Below are positions 13,363 through 27,548 of a DNA stretch of 64,000 bases, piece after piece. The number at the start of each line of letters is the position of its first letter. Positions within the stretch are counted from its first letter, which is position 1. The stretch is from Basidiobolus meristosporus CBS 931.73. Lineage: Eukaryota; Fungi; Basidiobolomycota. The position numbers and the translations under genes are program-made. The notes under the pieces are model-generated. The model saw nothing but the letters and a program-made list of their open reading frames with translations. It had not been told where the DNA came from and ran no database searches. The stretch lies in the NCBI GenBank assembly GCA_002104905.1, contig MCFE01000084.1, positions 114,274 to 178,273 of the forward strand, given 5' to 3'.

Positions 13363-14096
13363 TCCTTTAAGAACCATGGTTTGGCCTAGGCTCACGAGCC
13401 ATATTCACAGACTTTATACTTACAACCAGCTTTGCCTGGAATTTGTATGAATGTATGTACTTTAAAGTTATCAGCCTTGCTGTTGAAACTTCGGATTTTG
13501 AAACACTCGCCTTTCCTCTCACCGCTATAACTAAGATTAGTGTTTCCTTACATAATTCCTTGTCTATCACGTACAATATATAAATATAGCAAGACCCAAA
13601 TATAAGTATATGGATGTCTCACGCCCAGCACAATTGCACCAGCAGATATGGCCATGTCTCGTAGCGAAGGGCTCCCAACCGGTTCTAGCGTCAAAGGGTT
13701 CAAAGCCCTCAGCCTGGAATGTGCGCGAATAAGGTATTCGGATGTATATCCGTAGGGATTTTGACGCCTCCATATAGGTACTGCATGCCTCGTTCCATGG
13801 GTTGGGTGCATAGTGTATCGTTTGTCGTGTGGATTGTTGCTCGTTGCATCAGTTTAGGTTTACACCCACTGCTGTAGCGACATATGAATGTATGTTCTTT
13901 GCGATGCTTCGCGGGCACTTCACCATAAATATTTTAATTTAAATAGATTATGCACTTGCTTCGGGTATAAGGAGGCGAAGCGGAGGCAGAAACAACAAAC
14001 ATTGTGAACATTAAATAGATGGTTGGAACAGTCCGATATACAGTTTAGTGAGGTGTAGGGTTGATGAGGTTATCAGAATCGGGGTATGAAATAGGA

Positions 14097-16185
14097 TCAA
14101 GCCATTGATGCATTCATAGCCATCTGATAAACACCATAGTATTGATGTAAAGGCCCCCCAGCTCTATCCCATCCAAGGTTCAAAGCATCATTGATTAATT
14201 GCCATACAAAGTTCTCATACACATCCTGGTTTTGAGAGACGGTTTGTAGTTCATGTGCTGCATCAGTGATAGCGTCTCGGAGGAATTCTTTGGACTGACG
14301 GTTGAACGGGTCAAACAAATACGCATTATGACGGCGTTGCTCCGGATCATTCCGGTCCACTAGAAACTCCTGAAGTCCACCAACTCCCGTAGAGATCACG
14401 GAGGCACCGAACAGCAATCCTTCTGCTGCCACTAGACCAAAGCTTTCTGATCGACTGGGCACATAGGCAAAGTCAGCGGCCATTCTCCAGAAGACTCCGA
14501 ACTTTTCTTGAGGCTCCGGCTCATGCATAACAATAACATCGTCAGGGTTGCGTTTTTGGAGGTTCAAGATGTCGGAGGTGGGCCATTGATTCGGTTGGCC
14601 CATTATAACGAAGCGGACGTTGTTGGCCTTGAAGGCGTCAATGGCGGTAGGGAACGAGCGACACCCTTTATCCTCAAGGAAGCGCCCGATAAATAATGCA
14701 ATAGGTCGGTCAAAATCCTTTGTAGGTAGGAGCCCACGATCCCTTAGGTACTCTTTTGCTTTGCGCTTACAATCGATTACCCGATGGCATTGAAGCGTCT
14801 CTGCGTTGTTGTTGGGTATATCGTCTAGAGCCTTCTGTAATGGAAACGCATTATGGCTCTCCAGTAGTTTACGATCAGTGAATGGGTTGATAGTGGAGAA
14901 GTCTACTCCATTTGTCACTCCAATAAAGCGATTGCTTCGTACTTTACGCAGAATCTCATCCATTACTAGCTCTTTGAGGGGGAAAATACAACGCCCCTCA
15001 ACAATGTCACGAGCCATAGTTTTCGAAACGAAAGTAACTGCATCAGCCATGTTGATTGCCATTCCCGAAGGGAACATCCTATATTGACGCCAATAGGGCT
15101 GAAGAGAAGTGGCTTCGGTTTGCATACTGTTATCAAGGAATGGTCTCAGGTTACTTAGCAGCAGTGAATATTGAACCTCATCTCCGTAGTCGTGGAGAGT
15201 ATAGACCACTTTGGCCGCAGATTCCTCGAGCAACTTCTCTTTCTTATATTGTCGAAGGTACTTGGTTACCATGGCATTTGTTGCGCCGTGAAGTTGAACA
15301 AGGTCGACGCCCCGATGTTGGCCAGATGCTTGAGTATGCTGATATAAGATGAACCGTGCTGCAGCTTTGGCGAAGTACAAATTCTTCCACTCCTGATTCA
15401 AAGGATCCGGACTATTGTAAATCTCGTTGACGTGTGAGACGTCTTTGAATGCCAAATTGAAAGGGTAATAATCTCCGGGACCTATCAAGTATACGTTAAC
15501 CGCGTCCGACAAGGGCTTTCTACCTTTGCTGGCACTGGTTGGATGGATCTTCAGGGGAAATTTGTACACTCCAAATTTGACTTGATGCTTCACATTCTTG
15601 GTGTCACGGAATCCCATGCTAATCTCGCAGTAAGGCTCGATCTCATCTGGATATGCTTTTTTCAATAAAGAATAATATGGTATAATAACCGAGGTTTTGA
15701 GGATTCCATCGCTTTGCTGAGCTTGGGCTAGAGCAGTTACTACTACTCCGAGCCCACCCATCGAGACTGCGCCAAATTCCTTGGTGACATGATAAATGCT
15801 CGTTCCACTTGGGATTGTATAGTTCAGTTTTGGATCTATACCAACGTATACCCCAGCAGGAAATTGTTGCATATCTATACCATTGAGAATGGGGTCAGAA
15901 TAATAAGATAAAGAAGGGATAATCCGCCACAGCTTATTCTACTATTCGATGTAGACGAGGAACATTACCAATGCGAATAGGTTTCTGTCTATATTTGAGA
16001 TACAGTGTCATGCCGCCACTGAATGCCAATTCTAATAGGCCAAATATCATTAACGCCGGAAGCATTAGCTTCCATATGCCTCTTCTCTGCTGTTGCCTTT
16101 GGGCATCATAATTGTGTTGGTAGCGACCTTCATCCCTGGACCAGTGGTTGAAAAGAACCTGGATCTCGTCCGAGTTTTCGGACAT
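14097..16185 (-). CDS. GlgA/starch-synthase-like GT-B glycosyltransferase (GT5/GT4-like) with N-terminal transmembrane anchor; exons 16185-15969, 15874-14097
   Basis: HVTKEFGAVSMGGLG, FIGRFLEDKG, VPSRSESFGLVAAEG and TGVGGL motifs. A phase-1 GTAATG..TATAG intron joins the hydrophobic exon 1 in frame. Confidence 0.85.
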
Positions 16186-16556
16186 GGTTTATGACCAAAT
16201 GGTTTTGTCAAGAGGAGCAGAGCTAGCTAGAAGTTCGACAAGATTTTAAGATACCAAGTAAATCAATATCATTCGGATAATAAATATTCAGGTAACTATT
16301 GATTTTATTTAAGCTGATTGATTAGAGAATTCCGATAGTTTTTGTCACGTTTGGACTTCTGTCGTGAAAAATCGTTTTTGCAAATCATGAATTCTTCCAC
16401 GGAGGGCTCTTTACGCCACATATTTACCAAAACATAGACCTTTGTTCGCGACTTTTGGAACTTCCCTCCATTGTTTATATTTCTTTTGGAGTCAAGGTAA
16501 AACCACCTTCACTTCTCCCTAGTTGTAGTCCCTCTGGAGCATACTAGGTGTTAAAT

Positions 16557-19500
16557 ATGAATATATCTACTTTAATATCCAACGATGAGGATACGCGAGC
16601 TTCACAAAACCTCGCCGAAGTAGGCCAAGAAGAGGCTCATAATAATGATTCGACACTTATGGAGCAAGATCCTCTTCCCAACAGCGAAGAAACTTTCGCA
16701 CCACTTTCTCACACCAAGACACCAGAAATGATGTTTGATCCTGGTGAAAATCTTGATCCTAATACCTCAAGCGCCTTTATACAAGAGGGAAATACTCCGC
16801 AGCTTGAAGATATGTATCCTAATGGGGAGCCCACCTATGAAGTAGGCTCACCGGGTCTGGGGACTCCTCAACAACGAGTGGAAACCCCGCTGAACGAACA
16901 AGTGGAAACCTCAGATTCGGATAAGACGAGCCACATCTCCAGATTTCAAAACGTTTCCTCCGCACAAAGCTCACCCCCCACAACTGAATTCGATTCCAAC
17001 AAGTGGACTGATCAGGTGGAATTTATGCAAAGCCCGGAACCCATGGATGGCAATCAGCACGATCTGACCGACGAAGAAACATCCCATACTTCGATCCACT
17101 CGAGAAATATAGGCAAAGAGCCGGAGCTGAGCACTAACGAGGGTTATGAGGTAACAACAATCATGCCTCCAGTGAAGAAGAGACACCTTATGGGTCAATA
17201 TAGAAGCTCAATGTCTTACGGAATTGACAATGTATCAAAAGCTAGCGTGAGCACTACCTATACAGAGGAGATCACTTCGACTGTGCAAATTCAGGACCCT
17301 CCCCAATCAAACAGCGACTCCGAAGACAAAGAGATATCTATTGTGTCTGAATCAGAAGCCAGAATTACCTACGGCGGGAAACTACCCATTACCCATGGTG
17401 CAGCACCCGCTCATCCGTCTAGCACAAGTGTTTCTAACTCTTCAGAAGATGAGATGCCGGATGGTACGCAAGGCCAAAAGCGTTTAAAATCCGATGCTAC
17501 CACCATGGCTGAGCTCAACCCACTCTCGGATTCGGACAGCTACAGCTCCGAATCCTCCGGTTCTGTGGACTTGGGTACAGGTGAAGGTGGAAAAACCGTC
17601 ACCGACCTCATTCATCGCTCGCACTCCTTCTCGTCGGTGACCCGTCGGTCTCGACCTGTGCGACATGCTACCACAGCGAAGTCACGTGAATCGAGTTATG
17701 AGGTTCATGAACACTCAGAAGTAGAATCGGAGAAAGTCCCGTCATCGAGAGCTGTCGAGCCATGCTACTGCGGGGATATGCCCAAACTGAACGAGCACAG
17801 CCGACTTCCAAGCATCAAGTGTAGCAGATGTCGCCGTAGATGCCATTTGGAGTGCATCCATTATACTCAACCATTCGTAGATAGTATGCTACTGGGTGAT
17901 GATTTCTATTCCTTCAAATGCCATGAGTGCAATGGCGGAAAAGAGCTCTTTCAACGACTCAACCTATCATGGTAAGAGAGATCCGATGTGTTGCATATCT
18001 GCATTGCATGTCTAGGTGTAGTAATCGAGGAAGCCATGTGCTTATTGCTGTAGGGTGGACGTGGTTCATATCGCGCTGTTCAATCTGACCCATGGGGAGC
18101 CCACCAGGAATAACAAGTCCTATGAAGACGGAAGGCTCTATTTCCATGTCAAACAGGAGGTGTGTCGATTCGTGGACGACCATTGGGACCGATTCTGGAA
18201 TAAGATTCGTTCGGAGACTTGGCAAAATAGTGTTGCTGGAACACTTTCGACCAACAGTACAAATGGTCGTTTTGAGTCCGGCAACCAAAAATATGATAGA
18301 ACTGGTAACGTAGACTTTTATGCTGTGTCTATTACCTGCCTAGTAACACCAATGCTCACGTATTTCATCCACATAGGCATGTGGGCACTGTCATCCCCAG
18401 GCAAGTTGCCTTCGCAGCACGACACTTCACAGAATAAGAAGGCGCGGTTCGCAGCCTTCAATGTAACTGAGAAAGGCGAGCTTCAAGATACTGTGGAGAC
18501 CCTCAAGAGAAAGCAGAGAATGGATAGTATATCAAACACCCAGGTAAGCGAATGGACCGTAGTTCCAGCCATAGTCACCAGTGTAATGAATGTTCTCGTC
18601 AGAATCGTACTCAAGCTAGGGTGAAGCGCACATTTGCTGGTGAGGTGTATAATAGAAGAAAAATCAAACTCAAGAGCCCCATCAGTAAATATTCACACGC
18701 TACTAATCTACTCAACGCACTGGTCAATAACCCAATTGAATGCTACTTTAGCTATCTATCCCGATATTGAAAATCCATCAGGACCGGTGATGATGTGCTC
18801 ACACGAGACCCATTCGGCACCCCAGTTCAAGATCTCAAATGACGGCTTAAACCTATGGAACGAGAAAGTAAGTGTCTCTGTTATTAAAGTATGCTATGTG
18901 TATCGGCACTGATTCATGGACTCTGTAGGGCTACCGGCTATCCAAAGCTACCCATGGGATTGAGTACGGTGCTTGGTACTACGAAGTGGAGATCTTGCCA
19001 CATACTGGTAACACAAGAATTGGCTGGTCGCAGATTTCCGGAGATCTTCAGGGACCTTGCGGCTTTGATAGATTTAGCTACTCCTATCGAGAGAAACCGG
19101 GGACAGTCTTTCACGAGTCAGTAGGAAAGTCATACGGAGAAGATGCTGGTATGAGATGCAACTGTGTCCTGTCTCCCTCACGATTATAACATAAATGCTC
19201 CAAATATACTAGACACAGGAGATATCATCGGCCTTCTGATATACATTCCGGACTTGAGTCTGGATGAAAAGCGTGATCTGCTTTTCAGAAGATGGTCCCT
19301 TGGCGAGAAGTACATCGAGTACTCGTATTTCCCAGTTGCATTTGACGAGGCCAAGGACGATCCTTCTACAGTCACCCTTCCGAAGGTCGAAAAGAGTCAG
19401 ATTGTATATTTCAAGAATGGAAAGTGTATGGGGGTTGCTTTCGAGAATCTCAACTTAGGTAAACCTTGCAGCTGGTCGTGTTTGACTGAGAACCTTCTTT

Positions 19501-20430
19501 TAACACGATTCATTTACAAATTTGCGCTGTAGGGAAATATCATCCTGCCATATCCTCTTACAAGGGCGGTAGGGTCGCAGTTAATTTCGGGCCCATGTTC
19601 AAATACCCACCACCAGATACATGGCTCGACAAGCAAATCAAACCATTTTCCGAGGCCACCGAGATGTCTCCGGATGAGGTTCCAGAGCCTCAGAAGCCGA
19701 GCGATGAAAAAAGTCTGGAGTCTAATCTGAAGCCGTTCAAGGGCTCTGGTACAAGTAGTAGCTGTGATTTCACTGGAAGTGAGGATGGATCAACTACAAG
19801 ACGATCCTTCAAGAGAAGGTTGATTCAAAAATCCCAATCACGCAGCCCAAGTGTGAGCGGAGAATACTTGTAGAATATCATTTAATCTGGATCCGTTGAT
19901 AATACTAGAGAAAAACTCATTCCCCTTCATTTATCACCTCTCATCGCCCCTTGAATATGACAAACTTATTGGTTGCATTCCTTGTCGAGTAAATCCTTGT
20001 ATAGCCAGCGCAGTACGTCGTTCACAGAGTGACATACAGCTTATCGCCAATAGTTCCTGCTGGTTACGTATTCACCACTCTGCTGCTAGAGCATGCTATG
20101 GCGAGGAAAATAACACATTGGAATCGAATAGGTCGTCTTCATTAAAGATGAAACAGCAATCTATATCGTATTAGATAAATATACAGTTGATTGAGTTAGA
20201 AGGATAACGAAGTGAAGCACGCATTTGCACTGAATAGATGATACTTGGGTAGCCTCCGAGGTATCTGCAATGTCGGTTGTCGTTTCAGAATTAATCAAAA
20301 GGATAGATGTAGCACGTCCGATTCCAAGAGTAGGTCTAACGATGGTCAGCAACCCGAACAAGGATCGAGAGATCAAGGCTCCACGGGGTTACCTGAGCCA
20401 ATGGAAAAGAATGGCACGGCTAACGAATAG
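16557..20430 (+). CDS. ASH2: COMPASS/Set1C subunit ASH2/BRE2-like (PHD-winged helix, SPRY); multi-exon; 3' end uncertain (core ends ~19870)
   Basis: CYC..C..C..H.EC..DDFYSFKCHEC..RLNLSW|VDVVHIALFNL; SPRY GYRLSKATHGIEYGAWYYEVEI..RIGWSQ..GFDRFSYSYR..GDIIGLLI..YFKNGKCMGVAFENL..VNFGPMFKYPPP. Confidence 0.88.
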
Positions 20431-23400
20431 TATAAATAGATGCTCCTTCTTTCATATATGCTTGAAAGATACTCGGAGGCGAATCCACAAACCAACAGCC
20501 CAAGTATCCATACTGCTTTGATACAGGATGTAGAGCCGGTTTCAAGGTTTAGGTCTCTTCTAAGAATGTCTAAGAACATGTATATGTTGGTACTTACGTA
20601 CGCGTTTAAGAGATAGCCTGCGCTAATGATCTGAGTAGACTTGTTGGGCCTCAGCCAAGTTGCGTAAAAGAAAGAAATTAGGACCAATGAGGAAAGATGG
20701 GGAAGTGAGGTGCTTATATCCGATTCACACTAGTATAAAGCGTTGCGGGCATCGGCAACTTTTGTAATAGGATACATGCCATGGCTAATAATCTAGCCTT
20801 CGTGCATTGTATGGCACCTAGAGGCAAGTTAAGTGTTTCTAAATCTCAGGGCAAAGCACTCTCGAGCTACATGATAGATCAACATTAGTTTACTGTTAGT
20901 GGAATTAGATTGAGACAACTCAATTCGACACTACAGTATCGGTGGTAAGCATAAAATCACCTGCCTTTACCTATTCTCTACAATAGATTTCGGCTGCCAC
21001 TACACGCGCGCACATAAAAGGTTGGTTATCCTTCCAAAACGGTATTGAAAGCACCTGTATCACTCATGTATATAAACATACTCCATGAACCGAAAAACCT
21101 TAACCTAATGCATGATGCCCAGCAAGCAAATGATTGGCTACACCATTTTGGACAGTCACGTCGTGGTTTGCCTCATGAATAATCAAGTGCACACTTGCAG
21201 ACGAGGGGCAGCGACTGTAGAAAATGCGGAGTAGAGGCCGAGCAACACCGACGTCCGAAACTCGGCGTCAGGGTTTCAATGCCAAAGTCCGTACAACCGG
21301 CGTAAGAGCACCACTTGTACGTATCAGGTATTTCGATTTGGATAACAATCAAACCTAAGTACCCATGATGGCTATTATGTAATAAACAAGACCAACCAAA
21401 GCTTCAGAGAGTAGTCAAATAATTACATGATCTCTAAGCTGCTCTCTATTAGTAGTTCGTAAATTCATCCCCAAAACCCGCTACATACTCGATGGTGGCC
21501 ATTTCGCATTGCAATTGGTAGATTAGTTTGCTCTAAAGCGCATTCGATCCCCGCCTCGACGAAATCCACGTCTTACTCGACTTGGAAATGTAAAGCGTAA
21601 GAGCAATTATTCTATCACGAGTCATTAGCAGCTGTAATATGCATGTCTCTTTTCAATTTGTACTAGTACCTTTTGGTATTGAAGACTACATCCTGCTTAA
21701 CAATGTTCCTTTGGAGGCTAGAAAGATTCTCAGGCCGGGTTTCCATACAATATGCAAACCTTCAGGATACACCGGAACATGGTACACAATCTATGCTAGG
21801 GATAGTCCATATGGGTTTCCACATATATGAGTAGGGCTTCTATTCCAAACTATTTCAGACCAAATGTTTTAAATATAGTAAGATCTGCTACTAAATCTGC
21901 CATGTCCAAGGTTTGCTGAAAGCACCTGTATATGGACGAGCCATGCCCAATGCATGTGTGGAGTTATTGAGAGGTTTGGGAATATACACTTCATGTAGCC
22001 GTATTTTCTGACAGCAGAGAGAATTAACTTTGGTTGGCATACATATATCAATGTGACGATCGGGAATCTGTATAGTTGACATGAAACAAATTTCTTCAAG
22101 ATCAATCTCTGCTCGCTGGTATGAGCTAGCGACTGCCTGTGTGTGAATGCTGTTCATAAACGAGCACAAACTGTAAGCGACACGTACTACGCTCACCGTA
22201 TAAATACCTGGCATGGATGTCGCGCATCCCACGGTGCTATGTAATCTGCAGCGTTTTCAGACATAGGCTTCCTCGCCATCGTAGTGGGGCTCTATGGGTA
22301 TTACACGACTGTTTGGCAGAACTTTTCATAGAAAGGACACAATGCCAGACCGCGATGTTGATTGATCTACCAACCAAGGTACTTCATATGGAATCAACCC
22401 AAACCCATCTCCCTAGCATTTGAAGACGCATATGTGCATCATGCCATGACTAAGGGATTCCACAACATTCTTTATCAAGCCAATCGACTGCCGCGCCAGA
22501 TCATTCCTGTAATCCGGTCTGAATGGGATACGACAGTTTTGGGAACGGTCAGTGTGAGTCCCCAAAAGTGATCATCCCTGGGGACGAATCGACTTGACGG
22601 CCACCCTACTCCGGCAGGCCAGGATTCATCTGCCACCAATATGGCCCATGCTGCGTTTTCCAGAGGGAACTCGGAGCGAACATGACAGGTAAAGGCCCAC
22701 CCCAATCGCCGCGCTCTCTAGTAAATCCTCCATTTACATGGGGCTATCGAATACACAAGCTGGGACAGGAGTTACAAGTCACATGAATAGATCATTCCCT
22801 GCCTGACAATTGATCAACCGTTGACGACCAATACAACCCTGATTGGCCCCAACATGTCCAATCGCGAAGACTATCACAGCGATATCTGTCTTCCTACTTT
22901 ACTCAAGAGTAATGTGATACTTGTCCTGATTACATGAATTTAATTTGGTTCGATCCATTTGGATAGGGGTTGCACCTACTGAACTGGCTCTCGCTGTTCA
23001 AGTTGCCCAGCAGCGTGTGACGACCACATGATAGTTTCTTTTCATATCCCAATCGATTCAATGAGTTCTTATCGATAACTTACATGGGCTCAACTCTGAT
23101 AGGGATATTGGACTCGGGCCTTAGCAGTACATTACCTCAGATTAATTCCAGGTAGCATAGAGCTTATGCAAACGCTGATATCCAGATAAGCGTGTATTCC
23201 AGCTCGTCAGCATTGTAGCGCTCAGCTAGATCACGCACCTCTACAGCCACCCCTTTTTTACGATCTTGAGTAAATATTGGATTCCATGTGAGTGGTAGGA
23301 ATCGGATATAGATAAAGCAAAGCAACTTACTGGTTGTCGCCACCACTGATAAGAAATAATCATCCACATGGCATTACATATTCCGTGAAGGTGTCCTATA

Positions 23401-23524
23401 TAAATCGTCTCTGCGTGACAGCTACCGCCCTCCACCTCTTGTTCTCGGTTCTGTTGCTAATACCCGCAGTCAGTAGTCAGTTGTTTGTTACCAACAAGAG
23501 AAATCCATCAATTTCCTTGGGATA

Positions 23525-25057
23525 ATGTCAGTTTCATCGGTAAATGGATCCACGAAAACTCGCTCGAACCGTTCAGCCTCACCAACTCCCTGCTGTCACA
23601 AACCATCCACACGGTCGATATTTGTGTTTTCTGGTGGCTCAGCATGTAACTCCCTATGCCAAATATTACAATCGATAACAATCAACATTTCATACATCCT
23701 TGGTGTTTCTGACAACGGTGGTTCAACGGTAGGTCCTTTGGGTGCTTAAGGAAGCTCATATTGGCGTTGCTTAACCTACTGCTAGAGTGAGATTCTTAGA
23801 GTCACCGGTGGCCCCAGCATTGGTGATTTGAGATCACGCCTTACAAGGCTAATCAATACTGAGGACGGTGACGCGGAAACAATAGCGGAACGAATAGTGA
23901 TCAAGGAGTTGCTAAGCTATCGTTTGCCCGCTGACGGAGAGGAGGCCAGCATCAGACATGAGTGGACACAAATTGTAGAAGGAACCCATAGGTATTGTAT
24001 TCTAGCGCCCATACGAAGTTCCTTAACCATGGTATTGACCTACGTTTCTAGATTGTGGAGTGAAATATCAGTGGAGAAAAAAGAAACAATACGTGGCTTT
24101 CTGACGCTATTTCACTTCGAAATACTCAAGCGTGCTCATAAACGCTTTGATTATCGTAACGGTAGCATTGGAAACTTCTTTCTCACTGGTGCCAGGCTGT
24201 TCTTCAACTCCCTAGAAGCAGCGATCTTTCTCTTCGCGGCTATAACTGGCATTTCAGAGCCAACCACTGTGATACCCATGATCAGTACTAACCATATGGT
24301 TACTATTGCTGCTTTACTAGAGGATGAATCAACCATAGTTGGACAGTGTGAAATCTCACATCCCTCCGTTCAGCAGCGAACGGGTGACGCCTATGTGGCT
24401 GAAGCGAACGGCGATCACGTATTAGCAAAAGTCAATTCCAATATAATATTTGATAAGCATGACTGTGGAAAACTACCCGCACGAATCAAGCGAATCTATT
24501 ATATCAACGAATATGGTCAAGAGATATTCCCCAAAGCGAATCCTAAATGTATCCAACTTTTAAGCCGAAAACACACCCTGCTCTACTCTATTGGCTCACT
24601 CTACACTTCGATAATGCCATGTTTAGTGCTTCGTGGGGTTGGGAATGCTATCGCCTATTCAACATCATTACGTAACAAGATATTGATGCTCAATGGGACT
24701 GTCGATAGGGAAACCGAAGGATACACCGCAATCGACTTTCTACAAGCAATCGTCGATGGCTTAAACTTCTCCAGACAAGTGGATGCTTCTGCTGCTCATG
24801 CGGAGTGTAAGTCACCCTCTGTGCTTGCCGAACAGGCGCTGACCTTTCCGGTGTCTCCTTGTATAGACTCAGAGCCAGCTAGCAAATTCATTACACACCT
24901 GATTTATTTGGACAACTCACAGATTCCGGTGGATCCAGAAGCTATCCAGAGATTAGGGATTGCGACAATCAAGGTGTCAGGCTCGCCTGATGCACAGGGG
25001 AATCCTACATACGAGCAAGATGAGCTCTGGGAGATCCTAGATGAGTTGGTTCAATAG
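23525..25057 (+). CDS. CofD/YvcK (UPF0052, YNL011C-like) family protein; introns 23729-23785 and 23991-24050
   Basis: VFSGGSACN, VSDNGGST|SEILRVTGGPSIGDLRSRL, GSIGNFFLTGARLFF and YSIGSLYTSIMP motifs. Confidence 0.88.
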
Positions 25058-25559
25058 CCTATTCCTATGCACACAGGCGCCCAAAACACTTGAAGGATAG
25101 ATGATTTGGCTTTGGTTCAGAAGTAAAATAAACGACCGATTTGTACAAAGATCCTCTCTAATAAGAAGCAGGTCATACTGAGCATCTTACGCGATATTGC
25201 GTAATCCTGTGGCGTACTTCATTTTTGACAGCCAACGAAATGGATAGTCCAGTAATTCCACTACAACGACTACCGCCCTCTATGCTTGTATCAGAGACCT
25301 TCCCCGACCCAGAACATCCCATAATAATGGGGCTGGAGTTGATGGAGTTCATTTTAAATGAATCCAAACACCGGCATCACCCTGCCGGCTGTCATATTTT
25401 AGCGGATCAGAGTAGATGGCAATCGTTGGGAACTACCCATTCATATATAACTGTGATTTATTTGTTTCTGTTGAAGCCAAAACTACCAGGTGTAGTATAA
25501 GCTGGGCCACAAAAGGGATATATACATTCTAGGAGCCGTGATGATGCTGCACGTTACCT

Positions 25560-26408
25560 CTAGTGCTTGGGATTCAGAGCATAGGCCGAGAGCCCAACCA
25601 CTACGGCGCCGCCAACAATATTGCCTAGCACAACTGGAATCAGGTTCTTCACAATGAAGTCTCCAACTGTGACACTGGCGCCATACATCATTCCGACTGG
25701 GATGTAGAACATATTTGCGACGGAGTGCTCAAAACCGCATACTGCAAAAGCAAATACTGGCCACCAAAAGCATATGAATTTTCCAGTTATGTCGCGCGCA
25801 GTAAGCCCCAGATACACCCCGAAACAGACGAAGGCATTCGCTGGAATGGCCTTTAAAAAGGCAACACCGAAAGAATATTCCACCTTATGTTCAGCATTAC
25901 TAATTATCCACGAATGCCAGGGATCCGCCTCAAATTGATGATCCAGGTAGGCAAACAGGTAGGTGGAGATCAGGACGCCAGCAAGGTTGCTGAAGAAAAT
26001 CAAAAACCAGTTCCATGCTAGGTCGACTAAAGTCGTTTTACGTTGAAGAATCCCTACAAACATGATCATGGCATTTCCGGTGAATAAGTCCCCACCGAAG
26101 ATGATGATGAACAATAGAGCGCTCGCGAAGCAGCCACTGAAAATTATCTTTTGCACCGAGGGAAATGCTTTGGTAAAGGCAGGATCCAGGCCACCACCAG
26201 CAGTATAGGCAAATGTCCCAATTATTGCTACAAAGAAGCCGGCCATAAACCCGTTCATACACTGGCTGTACCAGGTGCGTTCAGCTTTACGGATGGCAAT
26301 ATTCCCTATCTCCTGCTCAACTTCGGACGCGCTATTGTACATGCGGGAAAGTCCTTGAGCGGGTGCTGCAGCGACTACATGATCTTTATCGGAAAACGGA
26401 AGCGTCAT
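25560..26408 (-). CDS. Formate/nitrite transporter (FNT) family, intronless
   Basis: GDLFTGN, KAIPANAFVC, GFEHSVANM and GNIVGG signatures; about 6 TM segments. Confidence 0.93.
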   Translation of the reverse strand: MTLPFSDKDHVVAAAPAQGLSRMYNSASEVEQEIGNIAIRKAERTWYSQCMNGFMAGFFVAIIGTFAYTAGGGLDPAFTKAFPSVQKIIFSGCFASALLFIIIFGGDLFTGNAMIMFVGILQRKTTLVDLAWNWFLIFFSNLAGVLISTYLFAYLDHQFEADPWHSWIISNAEHKVEYSFGVAFLKAIPANAFVCFGVYLGLTARDITGKFICFWWPVFAFAVCGFEHSVANMFYIPVGMMYGASVTVGDFIVKNLIPVVLGNIVGGAVVVGLSAYALNPKH

Positions 26409-27548
26409 TATACGAATGTTATGTTTTTAATCAATGGAAACGATGGCCTCCAATATCTTATTTATAGCAGCTAGCATGCATGGTACATTCGTATAGACTA
26501 TGTATAGAACCATTTAAGCTTCGCCATATTAACAGCTGATCAATGGCATTTCCGATTTTCCGAACAAGCGGTCTAGAGAGGTACACTTTTCTGGTTATGC
26601 ACGTGGTAACAAATCTAATATCTAGATACATATATGACTAACCATATTCTAACTTCTAGTAATATCATTTAGTTCTGGCCAATGTATATAACTATATGCA
26701 AACTATTATTCTTGAGGCAGCATCGCATCATACTTTCGACTTCATGATGGCTGATACTAGCATCTTGCTCCAACCACAATGCGCGCCAGGTTCACGCTTA
26801 CTGTAATAACTAGGACTTTAAAGGTCTAGGTTGGTGATAAGAATTTATCATATATTTAATTGAATGATGTCTCCAATGTATAATTCACAAGGACGTACAA
26901 TTATCGACATTAAGGCACATGCACTTGCCCAAGTATGTAAAAAGTGCCAACAGAGGTTAACTAAAAACGATGAGATCACGAGTGGCTTAGATTAAATACT
27001 AGTAAAGGATTGTAAAACCATGGTTCTTCCAATTTCATTAAGAACGTGATACTTCTGAGCACGAATGACAAATATAAACCTACAAGATATATCGAGCATT
27101 TAGCACAACCTTGGGAAATCGTCTATATTTAAACGCGACTTTTGATAATTTTGCCCAAGCCTTCAATTAAGTTGAAATCGGCCCTAAGGTTTATTCGGCT
27201 GAGTTTGGGATTTCCGGCTAAAACTTCCAAGTTCCCACCTTAGCCGAAGAGCCTTCTGCAATATCTCCCGAAAATCGAAAATCGAAAGTATGGCCACCTC
27301 ACGGAAAAATGGTATCGCAGATGACGATTGGCAGAATCGATCCAATGATAATTCTTAGCCAAGGTCTAAACATTCAAGGTAGACCAATGAACAGCCAATC
27401 TCGTGTTGCCACCAAAAGTAAACAAACGCTTGGTCTAAATATTACCGGTATAAAAGCGGATGGGGGAGTAGATGACTGGCAATTTTTCGACGTTGTTCTC
27501 CATAACACGAACGGCTTCGGATCCCACAATCTCTCTTAAATTGTAAAC

